This document shows positions 11,301-21,530 of a DNA stretch of 64,000 bases, one piece after another. Under the pieces are notes generated by a model. The model saw nothing but the letters and a program-made list of their open reading frames with translations. It had not been told where the DNA came from and did no database searches. Numbering within the stretch: the first letter of the stretch is position 1; every line of letters begins with the position of its first letter. This DNA is from Mobula birostris (Eukaryota): the NCBI RefSeq assembly GCF_030028105.1, contig NC_092380.1, positions 21,911,144 through 21,975,143 on the forward strand, written 5' to 3'. The position numbers were made by a program, and so were the translations under genes.

Positions 11301-14300
11301 TATGCTAGAAAATAGTGTGTAAATGAGCATGCCTGAAATTAGTGCATTGGCAAGTGTACAAGAAACCAATCATTGGTGAGTGTGCAAGACATGTACACAT
11401 TAGTAAGAAGATATGGGTGCACTGGTGATAGGTGAATAGATTAGTGAGTGAGAAAGTAATTCAGTGTGTTGGCAAGTGTGTAGAAATCAGTGCACTGGTG
11501 AGTGTGCAGGGAATTAGTGCATTGGTGGATGTGCAGTAGTCAACCAGGAAGCAAGAAATGATACATTTGTGAGCGTGCAAGGGGCGAGTGGGTTAGCGAC
11601 GATGTGAGGTACTCACTTGTACAGCTGGGGATACTGCAGTACTTCCAGTAAACGCCTTCCTCGCTCTCCGAGATGTAACACCACGGCTGTACGTCACCGT
11701 CCGGGTTCCTACCACACCAGGGAGGGACGAGAGTCCGTCAGCCTCGGGGGGTGAGGGAAAGATGGGGCTGTACATCACGGGCTGGGGTGGGGTGACAGTC
11801 AGGGTGCTGGGGGGGGGGGTGCAAGAGTCCACCAGGGAGAGATGGGGGTAGAGGTAATGAGCGCTGAGGGGTGGTGAGGAGGAAGGCGGGGCAGCAAGGA
11901 TGGAGGGTGAGGCGAGAGGGAAGATAGGGAGAGGGCAGTAATGGGGTGAGGGGTGGGGAAGGGAGGATAGGATGGGGAGGGGATGACTAGGAGAGAAGAG
12001 AGGGCGGGGGAGTAGAGGAATGGAGGGGAGAGTAGGAGGACGGGGTGTGGAGGGGAGACAGTCAGGTAGGGGAAGCAGAGGGGGAATGGAGGGGGGAGGG
12101 GGAATGGAGAGGAGGAGAAGAAGAGTGAGGGGGAGAGTAGAAGGAAAGGAGAAGAGCAAGAGGAGTGGGGAGGAGAGGAAAGAAGGGGGTGGGAGGATGG
12201 GGAGAGGAGGGGAACGGTGGAGGAAAAGGGGAGTATGCGAGGTGGGGAGCGAGATCATGATACCCACCGGCAGTGGTTATGATTCCCCAGCCCCCATTCC
12301 CCGTTGGGGTACACACGCGTGTTGTAAGCGTGCTGGCGCGTTTCGTTCCAGTACAAGCACTGCTTCCCGTTCTCGACAGACGTCTGGTCCTGGTTGCCCC
12401 GGTAATCGGCTCCATTCACCTGGAAACACTCTGAGACTCCTGGAGAGACTGGAGATCAGCCAGGTCAGAGATTCCAGTGACAGACCCACTCCGGCATCAC
12501 CGTGCACAGTTCGTGTCTCCATATCCCCCTGGGTCAGACCCACACCAGCATCACCGTGCACGGTTCGTGTCTCCATATCCCCCGGGTCAGACCCACACCA
12601 GGAGCATCGTGCACAGTTCCCATCCTCATATCCACCTGATTTGGAACACACCAGGAACGAGAGAGAGAAGGAGCACAGGAGAGAGAGAGAGAGGGGCGGG
12701 AGCACAGGAGAGAGGGGGGGAGCACAGGAGAGAGAGAGGGGAGCACAGGAGAGAGAGAGAGAGAGGGGAGCACAGCAGAGAGGGGAGGAGGGAGCACTGG
12801 AGAGAGAGTGTAAGAAAGATTGCGCACGAGAGAGTGTGTGTGTGTGTATGTGTATGTTTGCCCTCCCTACACCCCTCCCCATCTCTGCAAACCCTCCCCG
12901 TGCCCCTTCTCATCTCTGATTCTGCCTCCTTCCCCTACAGTCCCGTCTCTCCCCCAGAGACACCCACCTCTTTGTGTAGGGATTCTGATTTGATCACGGG
13001 ACAGTTGTGTGGAATTCTTCATTGGCAGTTCCGTAAGGTTATCAGAATACGGGAGTAGGTCTGTAACATTAACAGCCTGAGAATGAGTGTCAAGGAATGA
13101 ACGCTGTGGGAGCAACAGGCAAATTGATACAGAGAGCAACACTGTGACCACAGTCAGACAGAGGCAAAGACAGTTGGGCACAGAGGCATGAATAGATAAC
13201 ACCAACACCCTGACTACCACTGCACGTAAAACCCAGGCAGGAATAGTGACTACAGTCAGGTCAGAATAGAATAGAAGACTGGAGGTGTAGAGGGAGCTTC
13301 ACTCTATGTCTGACATCGGAAGTGTGTGATGGGACAGTGCAGAGGGAGCTTCACTCTGTGTTCGACCCCGGGAATGTGTGATGGGACAGTGCAGAGGGAG
13401 CTTCACTCTGTGGCTACTGTTAATTAGCTACAGCTCAGTGTTTAATACAGTCATTCCTACAGGTTTGATTTTTTAAAAAAACTCCAAAACCTGGGCCTCT
13501 GTGCTTCTCTCTGCAACTAGATCCTTGACTTCCATACCAGGAGACCACAGAAATAGCATCTCCTCGTTACTGATCATCAACATGGCCCATTGTTCCAATC
13601 TCTCTGTACCATGACTGTGTGGTTCGGCACAGCTCAAACACCACCTGAAAATTTGCTGATAATTGAACTACTGTCGGCAGAATTTCAGATGATGACAAGA
13701 AGGCATACAAGAGCGAGAGAGGTCAACTAGTTGAGCGGTGTCGCAAGAACAACTTTGCACTCATTGTCAGTAAGACCAGAGAATTGATTGTGGACTTCAG
13801 AAAGGTTAAGACAAGGGAACACGAACCAATCGTCATTGAGGGATCAGAAATGGAGAGGGTGAGCAATTTCAAGTTCCTGGGTGGCAACTTCTGTGAGGAT
13901 CTAACTTGGGCCCAACATATCGACGTAGTTACAAAGAAAGCAAGACGGCAGCTATATTTCATTTAGCAGGAGAAAATCTGCAGACGCTGGAAATCCAAGC
14001 AACACACACAAAATGCTGGAGGAACTCAGCAGGCCAGGCGGCATCTGTGGAAAAGCGTAAACAATCGATGTTTCAGGCCGAGCCCCTTCATCAGGACTGG
14101 AGAAAAAAGATGAGGTGAGAGTAAGAAGATGGAGGAGGTGGTAAGTGAAACCAGGAAGGTGGGGGGAATGGATGAAGTAAAATCTGGGAAGTGGATTGGT
14201 GAAAGAGATAAAGGGCTGGAGAAGGGGGAATCTGATGGGAGAGGACAGAAGACCATGGAAGAAAGGGAAGTGAGAGAAGCACCAGAGGGAGGTGATGGGC

Positions 14301-15908
14301 AGGTAAGGAGATAGGGTGAGAAGGGAATGGTGAAGGGGAGGGGGGCTATATTTCATTAGGAGCTTGAGATTTGGTATGTCACCAAAGACACAGGTAAGTT
14401 TCTACAGATATATCGTGGAGAGCATTCTGACTGGCTGCATCACCACCTAGTATTGTGGAGGGGGGGCCATTGAACAGGATCAAAATAAGCTGCAGAGAGT
14501 TGAAAACTCAGCTTCATCATGGACACTGGCCTCCCCAGCAGGCAGGACATCTTCAGGGAGCGGTACCTCAGAGAGGCAGCATCCATCATTAGGGCCCCCC
14601 ATCACCCAGGACATGCCCTCTTCTGATCAGGGAGGAGGTACAGGAGTCAGTGATTCAGGACTGGCTTCTTCCCCTGTCAAGAGATTTCTGAATGGACATT
14701 GAACCCATGAACACTGCCTCACTACTTTTCATTTTTGCACTACTTATTTAATTTAACTTTCTATATGTATATACTTTTTACAATTCAGATTTTATTATGT
14801 ATTGCAATATACTGCTGCCACATAACAACAAATTTCATGACATATGCCAGTGATATTAATCCTGATTCTGACCCTTTGAGTGAGTGTGTGATGGGAGAGT
14901 GTGGTGGGGGCTTCACTCTGTGTCTGACTCCGGGAGTGAGTGACGGGACGGTGTGGCGGGAGATGTACTCTGTGTCTGTCTCCGGGAGTGTGCGATGGGA
15001 CAGTGTGGAGGGAGCTTCACTCTGTGTCTGACCCCGAGAGTGTGTGATGGGATGGTGCGGAGGGAGTTTCACTCTGTGTCTGACTCCGGGAAGTGAGTGA
15101 CGGGACGGTGCGGAGGGAGCTTCACTCTGTGTCTGACCCCGGGAGTGAGTGACGGGACGGTGTGGCGGGAGCTTCACTCTGTGTCTGACCCCGGGAGTGA
15201 GTGACGGGACGGTGTGGCGGGAGATGTACTCTGTGTCTGTCTCCGGGAGTGTGCGATGGGACAGTGTGGAGGGAGCTTCACTCTGTGTCTGACCCCGAGA
15301 GTGTGTGATGGGATGGTGCGGAGGGAGTTTCACTCTGTGTCTGACTCCGGGAGTGACTCATGGGACAGCGTGAAAGGAGATTCACTCTGTGTCTGACTCC
15401 GGGAGTGAGTGATGGGACGGTGCGGAGGGAGCTTCACTCTGTGTCTGACTCCGGGAGTGAGTGATGGGACAGCATGAAGGGAGATTCACTCTGTGTCTGA
15501 CTCCGGGAGTGTGTGAAGGGACGGTGTGGAGGGAGCTTCACTCTGTGTCTGACCCCGGGAGTGAGTGACGGGACGGTGCGGAGGGAGCTTCACTCTGTGT
15601 CTGACTCTGAGAGTGTGTGAAGGGACGGTGCGGAGGGAGCTTCACTCTGTGTCTGACTCCGGGAGTGTGTGAAGGGACGGTGTGGAGGGAGCTTCACTCT
15701 GTGTCTGACCCCGGGAGTGAGTGACGGGACGGTGCGGAGGGAGCTTCACTCTGTGTCTGACCCTGGGAGTGTGTGATGGGACAGCGTGGAGGGAGATGTA
15801 CTCTGTGTCTGACTCCTGTATACATAGAGACTCACCTCGGTGCTGCAGTGAAAGAGACTCTTGGAGCCGAACATAGATGAAGATCACAAGCTGGAGTTCA
15901 AACTTCAT
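5138..15908 (-). CDS. kremen2: Kremen protein 2 (Dkk receptor), spliced CDS of 9 exons, 1356 nt / 451 aa
   Basis: Exons 15908-15836, 12439-12268, 11708-11617, 10679-10555, 9447-9294, 8867-8535, 7090-6980, 6468-6396, 5360-5138 join in frame with GT-AG ends. Motifs SECFQVNGADYRG, RNPDGDVQPWCY, MPGYLGCFVD, GTSTKLTVQVC, AGYACFCG, CGGDGRLGVYE and GVIYSP, plus C-terminal WAVxY...SSSLKSLL, resemble KREMEN2 more than KREMEN1 (recalled, not aligned). Confidence 0.93.
5520..6385. repeat. G-rich minisatellite, ~45-52 bp unit (gggagaggacggtgtgtctgatgtccagaccctgggggtggggg)
   Basis: Visible tandem array in kremen2 intron 8; related inverted copies at ~37200-37480. Confidence 0.9.
6396..6468 (-). CDS. kremen2: kremen2 exon 8 (transmembrane helix)
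   Basis: AWAMYTAVTLTAIIILVTVCHLHK; ttctAG acceptor, gtaaga donor. Confidence 0.85.
6980..7090 (-). CDS. kremen2: kremen2 exon 7 (stalk)
   Basis: GLENDDVRTWTEAPRSSPTETEGLGTGRSNRMMTGIA; the AG/GT pair here that keeps phase 1-1 between the CUB and TM exons. Confidence 0.75.
7262..8198. repeat. Homogeneous 39/40-bp minisatellite (ggagtgtgtggagggaacgtcactctacgtctgaccca), ~24 units
   Basis: Near-identical tandem units in kremen2 intron 6. Confidence 0.95.
8535..8867 (-). CDS. kremen2: kremen2 exon 6 (CUB domain)
   Basis: VSVGSCGGDLRSRSGVIYSPEYPDTYKPDSECLW...GQGFALVYR; cccAG acceptor, gtgaga donor. Confidence 0.95.
9294..9447 (-). CDS. kremen2: kremen2 exon 5 (WSC domain)
   Basis: LAGLEAGYACFCGSRSDLRGQRRTSLLECNQVCFGQSSQLCGGDGRLGVYE; cttAG acceptor, gtgagt donor. 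Confidence 0.95.
10555..10679 (-). CDS. kremen2: kremen2 exon 4 (WSC domain)
   Basis: MPGYLGCFVDTGSPATLSGSSGTSTKLTVQVCVRFCRRKGYE; cacAG acceptor, gtaggc donor. Confidence 0.95.
10790..11580. repeat. Degenerate ~29-30-bp tandem repeat (gtgcaagaaattagtgcattggtgagtgt) interrupted by a Penelope pLTR piece (~11040-11145)
   Basis: Recurring agtgcattgg / gtgtgcaaga motifs. Confidence 0.7.
11044..11080 (+). ncRNA. Minimal hammerhead-ribozyme motif in Penelope pLTR (cleavage triplet mutated)
   Basis: tgtc-CTGACGA-agggtctcggcct-GAAA-cgcc-gactg; GCC in place of GTC. Confidence 0.55.
11617..11708 (-). CDS. kremen2: kremen2 exon 3 (kringle C-half)
   Basis: NPDGDVQPWCYISESEEGVYWKYCSIPSCT; gtAG acceptor, gtgagt donor. 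Confidence 0.95.
12268..12439 (-). CDS. kremen2: kremen2 exon 2 (kringle N-half)
   Basis: GVSECFQVNGADYRGNQDQTSVENGKQCLYWNETRQHAYNTRVYPNGEWGLGNHNHCR; ctccAG acceptor, gtgggt donor. Confidence 0.95.
13430..14870 (+). mobile_element. Rex1/Babar LINE RT 3' part, interrupted by a Penelope pLTR insertion (13964-14344)
   Basis: SKTRELIVDFRK, ERVSNFKFLG...DLTW; the insertion is flanked by a 13-bp direct repeat gctatatttcatt (13951-13963 / 14345-14357). Confidence 0.85.
14062..14100 (-). ncRNA. Minimal hammerhead-ribozyme motif in Penelope pLTR
   Basis: Minus strand ccagtc-CTGATGA-aggggctcggcct-GAAA-catc-gattg; stem I CAGUC/GAUUG still pairs. Confidence 0.55.
14880..15817. repeat. 52-bp minisatellite (ggagtgtgtgatgggacggtgtggagggagcttcactctgtgtctgaccccg), ~18 units
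   Basis: Tandem array just after kremen2 exon 1; same family at ~7170-7260, 13285-13410, 31390-31427 plus 32489-32880 (inverted), 57300-57530, 61885-61975. Confidence 0.93.
15836..15908 (-). CDS. kremen2: kremen2 coding exon 1 (signal peptide MKFELQLVIFIYVRLQESLSLQHR)
   Basis: ATG at 15908 (gcgATGa), hydrophobic N-terminus, donor G|gtgagt phase 1 matching exon 2; an acceptor ttcttccAG at 15921-15920 implies upstream UTR exon(s). Confidence 0.8.
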
Positions 15909-17249
15909 CGCTGGTCTTTCTGGAAGAACACCCAACAGGAGGAAGGAGGGAGAGAGGGTAAAATAGCAAAATTGAAGGTGAAGAGGAGAGTGGTTGTCGA
16001 TGTTAGGGGAAGGAGAGAGATGGGGAAGGAAGGAGGGAGTAGAGATGGAGGGAGGGAGGAGGAAGGGAGAGAAGGGGGGAGAGGGAGGGGTGAGGGAGGG
16101 GGGAAATAGAAAGAGAGTGCCTCTCAGGAGCTAATCAGTCTCCCAGGACCTGAGTCCTCACGATGGAACAAGCAACGGATCAAGCCCCAAGGCGGAGAGA
16201 CCTGCCCTCCGCCGGCATCAGTACCCTCTCTTCTTCTGTCTGTTCCCAACCCGGCACCAGGAGCATGTAGGTCTGTTCGAGACTCTGGCAGACACGTCCA
16301 CTGTCTCTCTGTCTCTGTCGCCGGCGGAATTACCCAGGGTGCAGGACCGATCCAGGCAGACTGAACGAGGCATCACCTGCTCCCTGTTTAAGAGGAGCAG
16401 GGGGTGGGAGGGGTGGGGAGGAGGAGCTCTCCTTACTCGTCTGTGGGAGGTCGGGAGAGAAGGGAATGAGGGAGGATGAAAGAGAAAGGGGAAGGAGGAG
16501 AACGTGCAGGAGAGGGAGAAAGCGGGATAGGGCGAAGGGGGAAAGGGGGTGAAGGAGAAAGAGGGACTGGGAGAAGAGGGAGCAAGAGTGGGAAGGGAGA
16601 GGGAGTAAGAGAGGAGAGGGTTGAGGAGAGAGGGTGGGGGCAGGAGAGGTGAGGGATAGGGAGAGTGGGACAGTGAGAGAGAGGGGAAGGGGGAATGAGA
16701 TGAAAGAGAGGAGGTGGAAGCGGGTAAAGAAAGGGGTGGGAGTTGGAGAGGAGCAGGCAAAGGGGAGGAAAGAGAAATAAGTGGGAGGGGGCAGAGAGAG
16801 GCGAGCGAAGGGAAAAGGTGATGTTCATCCAATTCCCTCACACCATCCCCCCCCCCCTTCCCGGGACCTGTCATTGGACACACCATTCTCTTCTCCGACC
16901 CCGCCCGTCCGTGGACCGTCAGACGATGTTCTCTCCCCACAAACACACCGACCTCTCCCCTCACCCCAGTCTGGTATTTACTCGTACACTCACTCGGTAG
17001 AGAGCACGGACGTAGGTGTGCGTGAGGGAGGACTGGGTCTATTCCAGGGAGATGACTTCTCCTGGGGCTGCTATCGTTTGAAGTGTGAGCCTTGTGCTCG
17101 AGAAGCTGTTTGAGATTTCGATTGATGTTAAAGAGAAAGTTTCTTTGGATTTCTCTCGAAGAGCTTTCATCAAAGCCCAGGATGTTGGAACAGTTCCCGT
17201 ACCCATTTGTACCCCGAAGGCTTGTGTTAACCCCTACATGCCCAAATAG

Positions 17250-19530
17250 ATCACAGAACGTAGAATAGTACAGCACAGGAACCGGCCTTTCGGCCCACGA
17301 TGCCTGTGCTGAACATGGTTCCAGATTAAATTTAAAGAACTTCTGCCTGTATGTGGTCCAAATCACTCCATTTTCTCCACGCAGAAATAACTCATATGTG
17401 CCGCCGCTCTCTGTGTAAAAAACTAGTCCCGTACATCTTTGAAATTCTTCCCCTCGCACCTTAAGTGCTTACCCGATGGTATTAGACATCTCAAACATGG
17501 GAAAGGATGCCGACTGTCTACCCTGTCTGTGCCTTTCATAACCTGATAAACTCTCTTCTCGTCTCTCCCCCCACCAGCCTCCGCCGCCCCAGGGGAAACA
17601 ACCTCTCCTTCTACCTCATGCCCTCTAATCCAGACAGCATCACACACACACACACACACCATTCCTGTGAAGATGCGAGCAAATCTGAATGCAATACTTG
17701 AGATGCGGGCCAACCAGAGTTTTCGACTGCTGAAAGCTGACTCGCATATTCAATGCCCCGACCACCGAAGGCGAGCATGCCGTACGCCTTCTTTACCACC
17801 TTGCTTACGCCTGCGACCAGTTTCAGGGAACTGTAGACTTGGATCTCAAGATCCCTCTGAACATCAATGTTGCTAAGGGTCCTGCCGTTAACTGTGTCTT
17901 CTCTCTTTCCATTTGACTCCCAAATGCAACACCTCAAACTTGCCCGGATTAAACGCCATCTGCTAATTTCTCCGCCTTTATCTACAACTGTTCTGTCTTT
18001 TCCTAGATGCTGTCCTGGCCTGCTGAGTTCCTCCAGCATTTTGTGTGTGTGTTGCTCGGATCTTCAGCATCTGCAGGTTTTCTCTTGTTAGTATATAATA
18101 TAGGCATCGTTAGTCTCATGAGACCATGGATTTGCGCCTTGGAAGGTTTCCAGGGCGCAGGCCTGGGCAAGGTTCTATGGAAGACCGGCGGTTGCCCATG
18201 CTGTAAGTCTCCCTTCTCCACGTCACCAATGTCCAAGGGAAGGGTATTAGGACCCATACAGCTTGGCACCGGTGTCATTGCAGAGCAATGTGTGGTTAAG
18301 TGCCTTGCTCAAGAACGCAACACGCTGCCTCAGCCAAGGCTCGAACTGGCGACCTTCAGATCACCAGACCGACACCTCAACTACTTGGCCACGTGTATAA
18401 ATAATAATAATCTACTCTTCTATTTTTCTTTCCAAAATGGATGAACTCGCATTTATCAACATTGTAATCCATCTGCCAGTCCCTTGTCTGCTCATTTAAT
18501 CTATCTATATCTCTCTGCAGACTCTCCATCTCTTCTGCACAATTTGCTTTTCCACTCAATTTAGTATTATCAGCAAACTTAGCTACACTACACTCGGTCC
18601 CCTCGTTAATGTATATCGTTAACAGTTACAGGCCCAGCACTGACCCCTGTGGCACAGCGCTCACCACTGATTGCCAACCAGAGTAACACCCCTGTATCCC
18701 AACTCTCTGCTTTCTATTAGTTAACCAATCCTGGATCCATGCTAATAGAACACCTCCAACTCTATGCATCCTTATGGTAAGTCTTTTATGCAGCATCTTA
18801 TCGAACGCCTTCTGGAAATCCAAGTAAATAAGGTCCATCTGTTCCCCTCTATCCACTGCACTCGTTATATCCTGAAAGTCCTTTGACAATCCTCTACACT
18901 GTCCACAGCAGCACTTCAAGTTGGCAGTGAACTTACTACCCCATCCATCCGTGTTTTTGTCCAAGTTCTTTATATATATCTCACGAACAGAGGAGGTCCC
19001 AGTCCCAGTGTGGAACACTACTAGTCAGGGACCTCCAGCCAGAATAGGTTCCATTGACCAGTACCCTCCAACTTCTAATTCTGAATCAAAAAGGCTGATC
19101 ACTGTGATTTCCAAGCATCTGAAGCTTCTGGATCAGCCTCCCATGAGGAACTTTGTCAAAGACCCCACTAAAATCCAAATAGACAATGCTCACTGCTCTA
19201 CCCCGAATCAATCATGCTTATCAACTCCTGAAAAGGTTCAACCAAGTTAATAAGTCATGCTGACTGTCCCCAGTTATCCCCGTTCCTCCAAATGTGCGTT
19301 CATCCTGTCCGTCACAACTTCCCTACCAATGACATGAGACTCACCGATCTATAATTTCCAGGATAATCCTTATTTCCTTTATTGACTAACTCTTGTCCAC
19401 CTGGACCTCAATCATGGCTCAAGACGACACAAAGATCTTGGTCAAAACCCCAGCAATCTCTTTCAAGAACCTGGGTCATATCCCAGGTGGCCTTGGGGAC
19501 TTATCCACCTCGATATTCTTCAAGGGGCCC
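17250..19530 (-). mobile_element. Cluster of CR1 LINE fragments, with a Penelope pLTR piece (~17985-18090) and a SINE inserted
   Basis: ORFs DLIYLDFQKAFDKMLH, VSAVPQGSVLG, WQMDYNVDKC, QRDLEIQVYSSLK. Confidence 0.8.
18101..18395 (-). mobile_element. tRNA-derived SINE (CORE-like central motif)
   Basis: Minus strand A-box-like gtggccaagtag, B-box-like agttcgagcc, then cttgagcaaggcacttaacc; homologous to copies at 40759 and 51465. Confidence 0.8.
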
Positions 19531-21224
19531 AGCGCCACCAGATATCAGGATCAGGTTTCATTATCAGTGTCGAAGAACGCTCAGTAAATCTGATGGTGGA
19601 GGGGAAGATGATGTTTCTGTTTTGTTGAGTGTGTGTCTCCTCCCAGATTGTAGTAATAAGAAAGCATGTCCCAGATGGTGAGGGTCCTTAATAATGAATG
19701 TCTTGAGGCACTGGCTTTTGAAGATGTCCCCAATGATGGGGAGGCTGATGTCCATGAAGAAGCTGGCTGAATTTACAGTCTCTTGTGATCCTATATACAG
19801 GACCCTCTATACCAGGTGGTGATGGGAACAGTCAGAATACTCTCCACTATACATCGGTAGAAATTTTGGTGACATCTCAAATCACTTCAAACTCCGAACA
19901 AAGCAGAGCGTTGGTCTGCCTTCATCGTGATGGGCTCTGGATAGAGCTCCAGGGATGCTGACGCTCAGCAACTTAAAACTGCTCACCCTCTCCACCACTG
20001 ACCCCTCAATGAGGACTGGTGTGTGTTCTACCAACTTTGTGACCCCAAAATGCCTGACCCCACATGATCACATTGTTGTCCAAAACCTTCTGCTTGGTGA
20101 ATACTTATGCAAAGCACTCATTTAGGACCTCATCCACATTCTCTGACTCTAAGCCTGAGTTTTCTCCTTTATCCTTGAGTGGTCCTCTAAACACACTAGT
20201 TGTCCTCTTGATTTGAATGTAAATATAAAATGATTGCCTCTTTCGGGGGGGGGGGACACAAAAAAAGTGAAGGCAAGATAGAGATAGGGATAGAGAGATA
20301 GAGAGAGAGCAAGACAGACCTGTCCCGATACCTGGAACAGAGAAGAGCCTAATCAATGGGGAAGTGGGCAGGGTGGGTCTAACTTCTGGTCCCAGAATGG
20401 GACAGATCATGTTGCTGTCCTGCAGTCCCTGCCTGGTTCCAGTGCCCGTCGAAGCTCAAAACATAAGGAGTGAATGGGTGAATCCATCGGTCTTCAAGAC
20501 CTCCCACCACTGCAGGTGGAATTAGTCCATGCACTCTACATCCACCACATTTCCACCTCCTCATCTGCAGGTCAGGACTGTGGCAGGGACACTCCCCACA
20601 TCCCTGAGTCCAACAGCTCTTGGGAAGCGCGACATTATCCAGGAGAGGAGTCTGCTTGATCAGCCACACCTCCATCCACTCCCTACAACAACCCCTCCCT
20701 TAACCAGCATGCATGGTGACCATTGACAATACACATCGTGGACTATTCTGAAAGCACCTCCCAATCCCATCACCTCCCCCGCCAGGAAGGACAAGGGCAG
20801 CACCTTTACTCACGGGCTCTCCACACCCCTCCAAGTCCCAGGCCATCCCGACTGGAACACACATCACCCTCACTTCACTGGGGCTGGGTTTGATTCCCGG
20901 AACTCCCTCCCCTGAGGGTATTGTGGGAATCTTGCCACCCTCTAGAGGGTCAGTTAGGGTTCGGAGATAAATACCGGGCAATTTCTACAGTTTCAAAGGG
21001 TGATTAGGGATAGACAATAAATGCTGGGAAGCCTCCTACCTTCTCGAGGGGAGATCAGGGATGGACAATAAATGCCGATAAGTGCCTCACCTTTTGAGGG
21101 GTGATGAGGGATTGGCGATAAATGCTGGCAAGTATCCCGCTTCCTTGAGAGATGATGAGGGATGAGCAATGAATGCTGGGAAGCTCCCCAAAACTCGAGC
21201 AACAGAAACAATGCTGCATCTAGT

Positions 21225-21230
21225 TTTAAT
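21225..21230 (-). terminator. Probable pelo polyadenylation signal (ATTAAA)
   Basis: ATTAAA ~205 nt past the stop, followed on the minus strand by GU-rich TTGTTTCTGTTG. Confidence 0.55.
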
Positions 21231-21435
21231 ATTAGCCGACATGCCCCCCCTCACCCCATTGTCCCAACATAAGGCCACTGCCTCTGATCTTGAGTCTGTG
21301 CTGGAGATCGTAGTAAGACAGTCGAGGGGAGGGAGGGGGTTCCAAGCTCTCTCCCCTCTGTCCCCACTTCCTGCAGCCCCAAATCCGAGGCAGGAGAGAG
21401 GCCTGTCTGAACGGGAGGTGTAGCTTCCAGACATT

Positions 21436-21530
21436 TTAGTCCCCATCCGAGCCGGAATCATCTTCTTGGTCCGAGAGATCGGGAACCGGGAATCGGAGAA
21501 TGGCAGCTACTCCGGTCAGCTGGCTGAGCT
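21436..21530 (-). CDS. pelo: pelo exon 13 (last coding exon)
   Basis: [31 protein letters not shown]; tctAG acceptor. Confidence 0.95.

Noticed and set aside
16218-17459. 413-aa ORF on the minus strand
   Set aside because: Starts in a CR1 tail and crosses a pyrimidine tract; no domain signature.
18320-18395. tRNA gene (A/B-box-like sequence, also at ~41000 and ~51690)
   Set aside because: Head of a multi-copy SINE; no complete cloverleaf.
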